Shown in pieces: positions 39,145 to 48,123 of a stretch of 64,000 nucleotides of DNA; position 1 is the stretch's first letter, and each line of letters starts with the position of its first letter. The translations under genes were made by a program, and so were the position numbers. The notes under the pieces are model-generated. The model searched no databases, was not told where the DNA came from, and saw nothing but the letters and a program-made list of their open reading frames with translations. Origin of the DNA: an uncultured Nitrospiraceae bacterium. Its GTDB lineage: Bacteria > Nitrospirota > Nitrospiria > Nitrospirales > Nitrospiraceae. The stretch is from NCBI GenBank assembly GCA_963706325.1, contig CAVPLT010000001.1, positions 1 to 64,000 of the forward strand, given 5' to 3'.

Positions 39145-40326
39145 TTACGCCGCCACCGTCACAGTCAGGCGATCCCATCCATTCCAGAGAAACCCGCCCG
39201 GGTTCCAGGGGCTCGTCGACGGTTGCTGCTCACCTTGCGCATCCATGGCGCGGCAGAGAATGGCGGTGGGTCCCGGCGTGCGGGCATTCCACACCAATTG
39301 CCATTGCCGCCAGGCGTAAGGCTGCTCTTCTCCCACCAGCCGGGCCGTCTCCCACGTGCGTCCATCGTCGCAGGACACCTCCACTTTGGCCACCGTCTCT
39401 TCGCCGGCCCATGCGACTCCCCGGATCGTCACCGGACCGGGCTTCACCGTATCGCCTTCAGCTGGTGCGGCGATGAGCGATTTCACGAGCATTCGCTCGA
39501 CGGGCGCCATCGCACTCCCCGGCAGTCCGGACGTCGGATGAATGGCCGTTTCGGGAATCCGGTAAGCCTGTTGCATGTAGTAGCCAGGCGATTCATCAGC
39601 CCGCACCGTGATCTCGGTCAGCCATTTCATGCACGATTCCGCCATCCATCCAGGCGTGATCACTCGCAGCGGCGCGCCGTGGAGCAACGGCAATGCGCGA
39701 CCATTCATTTCATAGGCTAGTAGCGTGTCAGGATGAAGCGCCTTGGCGATGGGGATACTTCGCGTGAACAACGGCACCGTGGCCAGCACCGGGCGATCCG
39801 CCCCTTGCAGCTGCACGTGCAATCCCTGAAGTTTTACCCCGGCTCGTTGCAACACGTCCCGTAGACGCACCCCGGTCCATTGCGCATTGCCGACCGCCCC
39901 ACGCTCCCATTGCACCCCGGGCGCTTTAGGACGATGGTGCGCGCGACCATTGCCGCTGCACTGTAGAACCGCGCTGAGCGTCACCTGCTCGAATTGTCGT
40001 AATTCTTTGAGGCTCACACTCAACGCCTCTTTGACCAACCCCTTCACCGTCAGCCGCCAGGAATCAGGGTGCACCGCTTCAGCCGTGGGCGGCCCAAAGT
40101 GACTGCGCACGAACAATCGTTCGTTGGGCGTCAACCACGAGACAAATTCACGCACCGGCGTTTCGGCATCCAAGGGTCTCGTAACCCGAACGGTGAGGGG
40201 GCCGGATGCCTGGCCGGACTCAGCGCTCTGCCCTCCCTCAACGGTCGAAGGCCTGCTACCGAGAACAAGACCGGCGCCAACTCCTTTCAGCACCGCTCCC
40301 AACCATGCTCGTCGGGAGACCGTCAT
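39145..40326 (-). CDS. Tat-exported sulfite oxidase-family molybdoenzyme (SorA/SoxC-like)
   Basis: SRRAWL Tat motif, FVRSH, QCSGNGR (Moco Cys), LAYEMNG, HGAPLR..PGW, KWL, WNPGGF.WN. Confidence 0.92.
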   Translation of the reverse strand: MTVSRRAWLGAVLKGVGAGLVLGSRPSTVEGGQSAESGQASGPLTVRVTRPLDAETPVREFVSWLTPNERLFVRSHFGPPTAEAVHPDSWRLTVKGLVKEALSVSLKELRQFEQVTLSAVLQCSGNGRAHHRPKAPGVQWERGAVGNAQWTGVRLRDVLQRAGVKLQGLHVQLQGADRPVLATVPLFTRSIPIAKALHPDTLLAYEMNGRALPLLHGAPLRVITPGWMAESCMKWLTEITVRADESPGYYMQQAYRIPETAIHPTSGLPGSAMAPVERMLVKSLIAAPAEGDTVKPGPVTIRGVAWAGEETVAKVEVSCDDGRTWETARLVGEEQPYAWRQWQLVWNARTPGPTAILCRAMDAQGEQQPSTSPWNPGGFLWNGWDRLTVTVAA

Positions 40327-40760
40327 GATTTGCCTTCTGTGAGATCAGTCGCCGGCGCCCCATGACTATGGGGATTCAAATCAATCGAGATTTGCGCAGG
40401 AACAACAATCGATTGATGCACCGTGCAGCCATGCGCCACCTTCAATAACCGTTCTTTCAGCTCAGGCGTGACTCGGTGCGGGAGACGAATCGCCAACTGC
40501 ACCTGTCCGACTCGATGCGGCTCTTCCGCCATCGTCCACTCTGCCTCCACTCTCAGTCCTTCGCGCGAGATGTCATGTCGCGCGCAGAACTGGCCGACGA
40601 AGTAGCCCACGCAGCTCGCCACGGAACCGACAAACAATTCCACCGGACTCATGCCCGCATCGGCCCCGCCGTCTTCAACCGGCTGATCTGTGACCACCCG
40701 ATGCCGGTCAGTAAGAACGTCGTAGCGCGTTCCCCCTTGGTAAGCCACGCTGAGTTTCAT
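40323..40760 (-). CDS. OsmC/Ohr family protein
   Basis: TDQP..GG.DAG.SPVELF..S..SC...GCTVHQS. Confidence 0.88.
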   Translation of the reverse strand: MKLSVAYQGGTRYDVLTDRHRVVTDQPVEDGGADAGMSPVELFVGSVASCVGYFVGQFCARHDISREGLRVEAEWTMAEEPHRVGQVQLAIRLPHRVTPELKERLLKVAHGCTVHQSIVVPAQISIDLNPHSHGAPATDLTEGKS

Positions 40761-40830
40761 CCCGCCCCTCCTCTATGTGTATGTATTCCGATTCGAGGCC
40801 GGCGCCCTCTCTTACGCATATCTAAGGGAT

Positions 40831-40846
40831 CGCAATCTATATGCCA
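40831..40846 (-). promoter_or_regulatory. Sigma54-type promoter
   Basis: TGGCATA-TAGA-TTGCG, about 70 nt upstream of the osmC-like start. Confidence 0.65.
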
Positions 40847-40985
40847 CCTATCACGGGAAGGAGGGTCAACGTATGGAGGTGAGACCCAATGAGGAAGGAT
40901 GCCCATCACGCGCCTCTGGGGATAAACGCAACAGTCCCCTCTCACAACTGCAGCACCACGCCCCATTCGTGGGTTGGTATGCGAA

Positions 40986-41420
40986 TCAGATATGGGTACG
41001 GACCCAGCGCACGATATCCTGCTGGCTCAACGCGCCGGGCTGGCGAGCCACCTCGCGTCCGCCGCGGAAGAGGATCAACGTCGGGATGCTGACGATCCCG
41101 AATCGAGCGGCCAAGCCCTGTTGCTCCTCCGTGTTCACTTTACCCAAGCGTACCTGCGGCTCCAGCGCCTTCGCGGCTTGCTCGTAGGCCGGAGCCATCA
41201 TCTGACAAGGACCACACCAGGCTGCCCAGAAATCAACGACTAATGGGATTTCAGCTCGTGACACATGGAGGTCGAAATCGGCCGCCGTCAGGCTGATGGG
41301 ATGCCCGGTAAAGAGAGACGTGTGACACTGGCCGCACTTCGGTCCATCCGCCAAGCGGACGACCTGGACCCGATTAATGCTCCGACAATGCGGGCAGACG
41401 AGATGAAGCTTCTCGCTCAT
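40986..41420 (-). CDS. trxC: Thioredoxin 2 (zinc-finger thioredoxin)
   Basis: CPHC...NR...CGQC zinc finger plus WCGPC. Confidence 0.92.
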   Translation of the reverse strand: MSEKLHLVCPHCRSINRVQVVRLADGPKCGQCHTSLFTGHPISLTAADFDLHVSRAEIPLVVDFWAAWCGPCQMMAPAYEQAAKALEPQVRLGKVNTEEQQGLAARFGIVSIPTLILFRGGREVARQPGALSQQDIVRWVRTHI

Positions 41421-41496
41421 AGGGCCTGTGCCTGACGATATGGTCGCGGTTTGCGCACTCTCTGTTCGTTCCCCACTGCCCTGGTTACGAACGAAC

Positions 41497-42822
41497 CTAT
41501 GTGGCTCGTTTCAAGCTCAGCATGTACGTCGTCAAATCGTTGAGCTGTTCGTCGGTCAGAGGAAATTTCGGCATGAACGATCCGGGCATCACGGATTGAG
41601 GATCACGGAAATGTTTGATGTGCCACGCCCGGTCGGGCCTTGTCTCACCGATGGTCGACAGGTCCGGCGCCACGGCTGCGCCTTCACCATGGATGCGATG
41701 GCACCCGGCGCAGCCGAATTCGGCATACAAGGCCTTGCCTCGCGCGACGGCCGGATCGGTCCTCGGCACCGCATACAAATTTTTCATCGAGATGCCCAGC
41801 AGTCCGAGTACGACGAGGAGAAAGACCAGGCCGCTGCCCAAGGCCATGGGTCTCCCGGTAGGATTCCGCACCGGATTCCGATCGATAAAGGGCCAGAACA
41901 ACATGATCAGGATGACGCCGAGCGGCAAGACCCAGGTCGCGAGGGGTTCAAGCGGTCCATGCACATGCTTGAGCAGTTCGTAATAGAACAGAAAGTACCA
42001 TTCGGGCACCGGCACGAAACTGGTATCCGAGGGATCGGCTTTGTCCGTCAAGGGAAGGGGGATGGCAAATGCCAGGATCGCGACCACCAGGAAGACTCCC
42101 GCCATGACGACCGCGTCCATATACACCTGCCTGGGAGCGAAGGTTTCGCTGCCCAGCGAGGCCCGGTCGTCGGTCCAGGGTCCGGCCGGTCCCACCCGGC
42201 GCAAGATGAACAGGTGCAAGACGATTCCACTGATCAGGATGGCCGGAAGAAACAGGACATGGATCGCAAAAAACCGTGACAGCGTCAATGCGCCGAGCGT
42301 CTCTCCGCCGCGCAAGACTCGGGATAGCAGGTCTCCGACGATCGGAACGGTCCCAGCCATATTGATGCCGATCTGCGTCGCCCAATAGGCGGTTTGATCC
42401 CAGGGAAGCAGGTACCCGGTAAACGCGAAAGACATGACGATGAGAAACAGCCCCACACCCACCATCCACATCACCTCGCGCGGTGATTTGTACGCGCCAT
42501 ACAGAAACGTCTGGAGCATGTGCAGGCCGATCGCCACCACCATCGCCGACGCGCCCCAATGGTGGAGTCCCCGCACGAACCAGCCGAAGGTGATCTCGGT
42601 TTCAATGAATCGGACGCTGTCATACGCGTGGTCGGGCGTCGGGGCGTAGTACAACGCGAGGAACATACCTGTGGAGGCTTGCAACAGAAACAGGAAGAGT
42701 GTCGCGGAGCCGAACACATAGATCCAGCTGGCCCCGCCGGGAATCGGCTCATCAAGCAATGTCCGCTGGACCGGCTTGAGGTTCAGGCGGCTGTCGAGCC
42801 ACGTGTAGATGCGTGAAGCCAT
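41497..42822 (-). CDS. Cytochrome b of a Rieske/cytb complex, fused to subunit IV and a C-terminal cytochrome c
   Basis: LHHWGAS..GLH, GYLLPWDQ.AYWA, FFAIH...LH, PEWY, CAGCH...MP. Confidence 0.93.
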   Translation of the reverse strand: MASRIYTWLDSRLNLKPVQRTLLDEPIPGGASWIYVFGSATLFLFLLQASTGMFLALYYAPTPDHAYDSVRFIETEITFGWFVRGLHHWGASAMVVAIGLHMLQTFLYGAYKSPREVMWMVGVGLFLIVMSFAFTGYLLPWDQTAYWATQIGINMAGTVPIVGDLLSRVLRGGETLGALTLSRFFAIHVLFLPAILISGIVLHLFILRRVGPAGPWTDDRASLGSETFAPRQVYMDAVVMAGVFLVVAILAFAIPLPLTDKADPSDTSFVPVPEWYFLFYYELLKHVHGPLEPLATWVLPLGVILIMLFWPFIDRNPVRNPTGRPMALGSGLVFLLVVLGLLGISMKNLYAVPRTDPAVARGKALYAEFGCAGCHRIHGEGAAVAPDLSTIGETRPDRAWHIKHFRDPQSVMPGSFMPKFPLTDEQLNDLTTYMLSLKRAT

Positions 42823-42898
42823 TCTGCTCCCAGTTATGAATTCCGAATGATGAGTTGCTCAATGATGGGTTTCAATTTAACAAATCCTAATTCATCAC

Positions 42899-43450
42899 TC
42901 ATAACTGCACGCTTCGCGGTTGCCCTGACTTGAATTCCGTATACATGACGAGGAGCCGTCCATTCTCCACCTTCATCGGAAGCTGATCGAGCGGACGAGG
43001 GGCTGGACCTGCCAGCACTTGTCCGTTCATGTCGAACGAACTACCGTGACAGGGGCACTGAAACTTATTCGTCCCGTCATCCCATCGATAGCCGCACCCC
43101 AAGTGGGTACAGATCGGTGAAAAGACCTTCACGTCGCCCTCCGGGTACCTTACCGCCCACACCGCCTTCTGCGATTTGGTTTCCATCCAGCCGTCGCGAA
43201 TGGTTGTGACATGGTCCAATTGGGTGGGATGGCCGACAGGCAACTCGTCCACGGCTCCGACATCCACCCAGTCGCGCTTGCGACGCATGAAGGCCGGCGC
43301 AATAAACGAGCTGAGCAGGGGAATGGAAAGTCCCACTCCAATGAAACCCGCTGCTGCAACGGTCACCCAATGGAAAAAGGTACGCCGGGATCCGACCGGA
43401 GTGGAGAGCCCCTTGGCCGATTGGAGATCAGGTTGTTCTTGATGGCTCAC
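42899..43450 (-). CDS. Rieske 2Fe-2S subunit
   Basis: SRRTFF Tat-like motif, CTHLGC, CPCHGS, GPAPRPL. Confidence 0.93.
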   Translation of the reverse strand: MSHQEQPDLQSAKGLSTPVGSRRTFFHWVTVAAAGFIGVGLSIPLLSSFIAPAFMRRKRDWVDVGAVDELPVGHPTQLDHVTTIRDGWMETKSQKAVWAVRYPEGDVKVFSPICTHLGCGYRWDDGTNKFQCPCHGSSFDMNGQVLAGPAPRPLDQLPMKVENGRLLVMYTEFKSGQPRSVQL

Positions 43451-43492
43451 ATGTCGCTCCCCTTCGCTTTCAACCTGCACAACCGGCTACGC

Positions 43493-43705
43493 TCATTTCA
43501 CGGTATCCATCGGACAGGTATTGATGCCGAACAGACTCCAGACAGGACAGAACCCGATCGTGCCAGTAAGTAGGGCGATCGCGCCGATAGCCAGCGTGAT
43601 CCCCATTCCAATCGGCGGAAGGTCCGCGAAGGCGCCGATCCCGATCAACACAACACCGAGCACGATACGAATAGGCCGCTCAATTCCACCTACATTGCAT
43701 GCCAT
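43493..43705 (-). CDS. DUF2892 (YgaP-like) small membrane protein
   Basis: NVGGIER.IR...G.CP...FGINTC; GGAGGG RBS. Confidence 0.88.
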   Translation of the reverse strand: MACNVGGIERPIRIVLGVVLIGIGAFADLPPIGMGITLAIGAIALLTGTIGFCPVWSLFGINTCPMDTVK

Positions 43706-43817
43706 GACGTCTCCCTCCATCTGATCTCGCCAGGTGCAGCTTGTTACCGGGGATGGTTCGAGCCTCACTACCTGTGAGCCACGCTGTGGTGAAAGGATTC
43801 AACTCGTCTGCTGCTGC

Positions 43818-44285
43818 CTACTTCGTCGCAAATCGATACATATCATGACAGGTCGTACATCGTGCCGTCATGCTGGATAGGCGGTTGAGAATCTGTACCG
43901 AGGATTCACCCTGCGCGATGCCGTCCGCCAAATGATCCATGTCTTTATGAATGGACATGCCCATTTGCTTAAAGGCAAGGGGCAATTTCACCATGATCGC
44001 GGGATTGAAGTCCGCTGCCATGTGCATCCCAACTGCGCGCGCCGTCGCTTCAGCCGCCTTGAAATTTTGTTCCGGGTCACTCAGCACCGTCACGACACCA
44101 TGCACGGCCTTGAGCAGGTGACGCATCTCCGCCAACACCAGGTCTCGTTCCGCCGGCGAGAGAATAATCTCCGTGCGCCCATCTGTTCCTGGCCTGGTAT
44201 GCCCGTGAACAAAGAGCGCGACCATCAGGCCCATCGTCATAACCCAGAGCAACAGCGCTCCCAACCCAAGTATGCGCCAACTCAT
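43818..44285 (-). CDS. Cytochrome c'-like helical protein with C-terminal heme motif
   Basis: N-terminal TM, VLAEMR..L, terminal CTTCHDMYR. Confidence 0.75.
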   Translation of the reverse strand: MSWRILGLGALLLWVMTMGLMVALFVHGHTRPGTDGRTEIILSPAERDLVLAEMRHLLKAVHGVVTVLSDPEQNFKAAEATARAVGMHMAADFNPAIMVKLPLAFKQMGMSIHKDMDHLADGIAQGESSVQILNRLSSMTARCTTCHDMYRFATK

Positions 44286-44487
44286 ATGAACATGCGCTCC
44301 ATTCGTTTAGGACGTGAGCTTAACAATCCCATAATTTCCTCACAAGCCGTTCTGAGCAGTATAGAGCCGGGAGAGCGTGAACCTTGTCAAACGGTCGAAA
44401 TCCAGACCCGTCGCACCTTGAGACCGTACCTGGTCAAGATTTGCATGGAATGGAGACCTGCAGCGAAATGGCAGCGATCCCGCCCGT

Positions 44488-46131
44488 TCACTGGTCGTGC
44501 CGTTCTCGCAGTCGATCCGACAAACGCAGATTCTCGGAATAATCGACGGGACAATCGATGACCGCCGGTCGGCCGCATGCCAGCGCCGCCCTCATGACCG
44601 CTCCTAACTCGGACGGCCCTTCCACTCGAAATCCAGCCGCCCCGAAACTTTTGGCATAGGCGACGAAATCCGGATTGTTGAATTCGACGCCGGAGGTCCG
44701 GTGAAAACGAACCTGTTGATTCCAGCGAATCACGCCATACCCATCGTCCCGCCAGATGAGGATGACGATCGGCAGGCCAAGGCGCACCGCCGTTTCAAGT
44801 TCTTGAGAATTCATCATGAAGCCTGCGTCACCCGTCACGGCCACCACCTGACGTTCCGGATAGAGAAGCTGTGCGGCGACGGCACCCGGTAGCCCGATAC
44901 CCATGGCGGCAAAGCCATTCGAAATGATGCAGGTGTTCGGCTGCTCGCAAGGAAACATTCTCGCCATCCACAGCTTGTGCGCGCCCACGTCACATATCAC
45001 CAGAGCGTTTGGCTTGAGCGCCGCGCGCAATTCACTCACGATGTGCTGCGGTCTCATGGGCCAGCTATGGGACTCCGCCTGCTCTTTATCGAATCCATCC
45101 TGAATAACCTGGCGACAGTGCCGACCCCATTCCAGGGGGAAGGCACGCAGAGATTGTCCGATCAAGTCGATCGACAGCGCGATGTCGCCGACCACCCCGA
45201 CCCCGACAACATAATGCGCATCCACTTCTGCCGGCGCGACGTCGACATGAACGATCGGCTTATGGCGATCGGGATTCCAAAAACAGGGAGCATATTCGAC
45301 CGGATCATAACCCACTGCGATCACGAGGTCGCTTTCGGCGAGCACCTGCGCCGCATAGTCCTGCATTTGCAAACCGATGGTGTAGAGAGACAAGGGGTCG
45401 GAATCCGGCATCACGCCCTTGGCCATGAAGGTATGAATGACTGGAACGCCGAATCGTCGCGCGAACCGCCGCACTGCTTCTGTCCCCGCCCCGCGTACGA
45501 TTCCATTTCCCGCCAGCAACACCGGTCGTGTGGACTTCTCGATGAATTCGACCGCACGGGCGACTTGAAGCGGCGCCGGTTCCGGGAGTATGGGATGTTG
45601 CACCAGCAAGGGTTCGACCAGGTCAGTATCCGTCACATGTTGAGCGGCTACGTCTTCCGGCAGCTCCAGGTGCGTGGCGCCGGGCTTTTCAGTCTCCGCC
45701 ACCTTGAATGCCTTCCGCACGGCTTCCGGAATGATGTGCGGCCTGGAAATCTCGGCACTCCATTTTGTCACGGAACGAAACATCGACCGGACGTCGATGG
45801 ATTGGTGCGACTCTTTGTGCATGCGATCGAGTGACACCTGTGCTGTCAGCGCCACGAGGGGCGCGCGATCGAGATACGCATCCGCCACACCGGTGAGCAG
45901 ATTCGTGGCGCCAGGACCTAGGGTAGAGAGACAGACACCGGCTTTACCCGTGAGTCGTCCCTGCACATCGGCCATGAAGGCGGCGCCCTGCTCGTGCCTC
46001 GTCACCACGAGGCTGATGGAGGAACCGAGCAGCGCATCCATCACATCGAGGTTTTCTTCACCCGGCACGCCGAACACGTACCTCACGCCTTCATTTTCTA
46101 AACAGCGGATGAGTAACTCAGATGCCTTCAT
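44488..46131 (-). CDS. Acetolactate synthase large subunit-like ThDP enzyme
   Basis: FGVPGEEN, RHEQGAAFMA, GPGATN, HKESHQ, GDAGFMMN..E. Confidence 0.92.
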   Translation of the reverse strand: MKASELLIRCLENEGVRYVFGVPGEENLDVMDALLGSSISLVVTRHEQGAAFMADVQGRLTGKAGVCLSTLGPGATNLLTGVADAYLDRAPLVALTAQVSLDRMHKESHQSIDVRSMFRSVTKWSAEISRPHIIPEAVRKAFKVAETEKPGATHLELPEDVAAQHVTDTDLVEPLLVQHPILPEPAPLQVARAVEFIEKSTRPVLLAGNGIVRGAGTEAVRRFARRFGVPVIHTFMAKGVMPDSDPLSLYTIGLQMQDYAAQVLAESDLVIAVGYDPVEYAPCFWNPDRHKPIVHVDVAPAEVDAHYVVGVGVVGDIALSIDLIGQSLRAFPLEWGRHCRQVIQDGFDKEQAESHSWPMRPQHIVSELRAALKPNALVICDVGAHKLWMARMFPCEQPNTCIISNGFAAMGIGLPGAVAAQLLYPERQVVAVTGDAGFMMNSQELETAVRLGLPIVILIWRDDGYGVIRWNQQVRFHRTSGVEFNNPDFVAYAKSFGAAGFRVEGPSELGAVMRAALACGRPAVIDCPVDYSENLRLSDRLRERHDQ

Positions 46132-46142
46132 CGTAGCCTGTC

Positions 46143-46240
46143 TTACCGGGCTGCGGAAAAACGTTGTTGGCGCACGATACATTCAACGGCCCGCACATGC
46201 AGCCACAGGAAGCTGCCGGACGTTTTCAGCATGCTGCTAG
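46143..46240. mobile_element. Degenerate MITE-like element
   Basis: Imperfect terminal inverted repeats TACCGGGCTGCGGAAAAAC / GTTTTCAGCATGCTGCTA. Confidence 0.4.
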
Positions 46241-46423
46241 GAGCCTGTCCGAGTAATCCTTCGTAGCGAGGCGAAGGAGCTGCCGGTGGATGCGAGGCCG
46301 CAGGCTCGAAAAAACTGGAAGCGTATTCCCTGAATACGTTGAGGATTTTTGCGAGCCGAGAACGACGCAGATGCCGGCAGATCATTCGTCGCAGCAGGAT
46401 GGCATTACCCGGACAGACTCCTA
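46238..46423. mobile_element. MITE-like non-autonomous element (~186 bp)
   Basis: Terminal inverted repeats TAGGAGCCTGTCCGAGTAAT / ATTACCCGGACAGACTCCTA (18/20), TA at both ends, no credible ORF. Confidence 0.7.
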
Positions 46424-46837
46424 CAGGTGGTAATCGCCTGACGCCTCAGGCTGATACAGCACTTCCTTGATTTTCACGGTCCGCATCCCGGCGGGCACAG
46501 GCCAATCCACCGTCCCGCCTGCCCGGGAACCCAACAGCGCGGTGCCGATCGGCGCGAGAATCGAGATCTTCTTCTCGGGGATGCTGGCCTCAGAGGGAAA
46601 CACCAGCGTATAGACGTTCTCCATACCCGTGTCTACGTCTACGATCCGAACTTGGGAGTTCATCGTGACCACATCATGAGGAATTGCAGATGGGTCCACG
46701 ACATGCGCGCGATCGAGCTCATTTTCTAAACTATCGAGATGATCCCGGTCACGTACTTTGGAGTTGATGCGCGCCTTGAGGACATCCCTGAGGCGATTCA
46801 AATCGAATTCGGTTATATAGATATCACGTGGGTTCAT
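46421..46837 (-). CDS. rnk: Regulator of nucleoside diphosphate kinase (GreA/B family)
   Basis: IYITEFD..RL, ELDRA, DVVTMNS, TLVFP, ISILAPIGTALLG, YQPEA.G. Confidence 0.92.
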   Translation of the reverse strand: MNPRDIYITEFDLNRLRDVLKARINSKVRDRDHLDSLENELDRAHVVDPSAIPHDVVTMNSQVRIVDVDTGMENVYTLVFPSEASIPEKKISILAPIGTALLGSRAGGTVDWPVPAGMRTVKIKEVLYQPEASGDYHL

Positions 46838-47802
46838 GGCTCTACTCCTTTAATAATTTCGGTGACGCCCATCAGTTGCGGCGTGATACGACGTTGGCCC
46901 GGCGCGAACTTCGGCGTTTTGACGGTCAAGATCGGACAGGTCGCACGGCGCAACACCGCATCCGCCACGCTTCCAAACCGCCCGTTGGACAAACCCCGAC
47001 GGCCGTGTGTCCCCATGACGACAAGATCGGCGCGGTGCCGCAACGCGGAGGCCAGGATCGCATCGGAGGGAATTCCTCCCGAAATTTCCACATTGGCCGT
47101 CAAACCAATGGAGGTCACAAGATCCTTGAGTTCCGCTAGCTGCCTGGTCCAATGGTCTCGTTTTCGTCCTTCCTCCTCGATCCACCCGAGGCCGCAGTCC
47201 AAGTCGTAACTCACCGGTTCCAACACATGCATCAAGGTCAACGAGGCGCCGAGGCCCTGCGCCATTTGAACAGCATATTCCACAGAGTTGAGCGAGGGAC
47301 TCGAAAAGTCCAGCGGAGCCAGTATGTGCCGGATCGGCAACAGCGGGCTGGCGGTGAGCGGCTTACTCGCTTCTCCACGCAGCCCCGGCACCGCGAGAAC
47401 CGGACAGGGACCGTCTTTGACCACCCGTTCTATCGTACTGCCGATCAGCCCATACACTAGATTGGTTCGTCCCTGCATTCCGAGAACCACCAGGTCCACC
47501 CCCTTTTCCCGGGCGGCGAGACCGATATGTTCATTCGGCTTTCCGACCACCTGCCGTATTGTCGAAGCAATGCCGCTACGAACCATATGGTCCTCCACCA
47601 GCTCCAACCGGCGTGCGGCGTCTTGCCGTGCCTGCGCCACCACGGCAATCGTCCCCGCATCGGTGTTCAGCCACGGGGGCGCTTCGAGGACGTGAAGCAC
47701 GTCCAATGCGGCATCACAGGCGGTGGCCAGATACATGGCATACTCCTGCGCACGTGCGGCATCGTCTGAAAAATCTGTGGCAAAGAGAATCCGCGTGAAC
47801 AT
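46834..47802 (-). CDS. Universal stress protein (tandem USP domains)
   Basis: ILFATDFS, IGST.ERV, PLDFS, GTHGRRG...GSVA..V....CPILTV. Confidence 0.92.
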   Translation of the reverse strand: MFTRILFATDFSDDAARAQEYAMYLATACDAALDVLHVLEAPPWLNTDAGTIAVVAQARQDAARRLELVEDHMVRSGIASTIRQVVGKPNEHIGLAAREKGVDLVVLGMQGRTNLVYGLIGSTIERVVKDGPCPVLAVPGLRGEASKPLTASPLLPIRHILAPLDFSSPSLNSVEYAVQMAQGLGASLTLMHVLEPVSYDLDCGLGWIEEEGRKRDHWTRQLAELKDLVTSIGLTANVEISGGIPSDAILASALRHRADLVVMGTHGRRGLSNGRFGSVADAVLRRATCPILTVKTPKFAPGQRRITPQLMGVTEIIKGVEP

Positions 47803-47924
47803 AGTGCTCCTTAATAGACGCGAGTCTAACGATACAGATAACCAGTTTCTCGATCAATGGAAGGCGGCCGCGGCAAGCGACCTATTAAGTTCGCCGAGGA
47901 TGAACGGTTCACGGGCATGAATTG

Positions 47925-47940
47925 AGCAAGACAGATGCCA
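47925..47940 (-). promoter_or_regulatory. Sigma54-type promoter
   Basis: TGGCATC-TGTC-TTGCT, about 120 nt upstream of the usp start. Confidence 0.65.
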
Positions 47941-48123
47941 GCCTTCCCTTCCGGCGTGACAATGCGGAAAGCCCGCAGCACCTCCTGCCCGGCGACCGGA
48001 CCGGGATCATGTCACCGGCCCACTGTGGCCATTTGCGGCAGCGATCCCCTCGTTGTGAGGCAATAGACCACTTTCTGGGTGGAGAAGCCACACGTTTCGC
48101 TCGCCGTCGATCAGAACTTCGGG

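Noticed and set aside
42833..42906. AT-rich AGTTATGAATT...GATGAGTT / AATTCATCACTCATAACT imperfect inverted repeat between the Rieske and cytochrome b genes
   Set aside because: Short and imperfect; probably a REP-like spacer, not enough to call a feature
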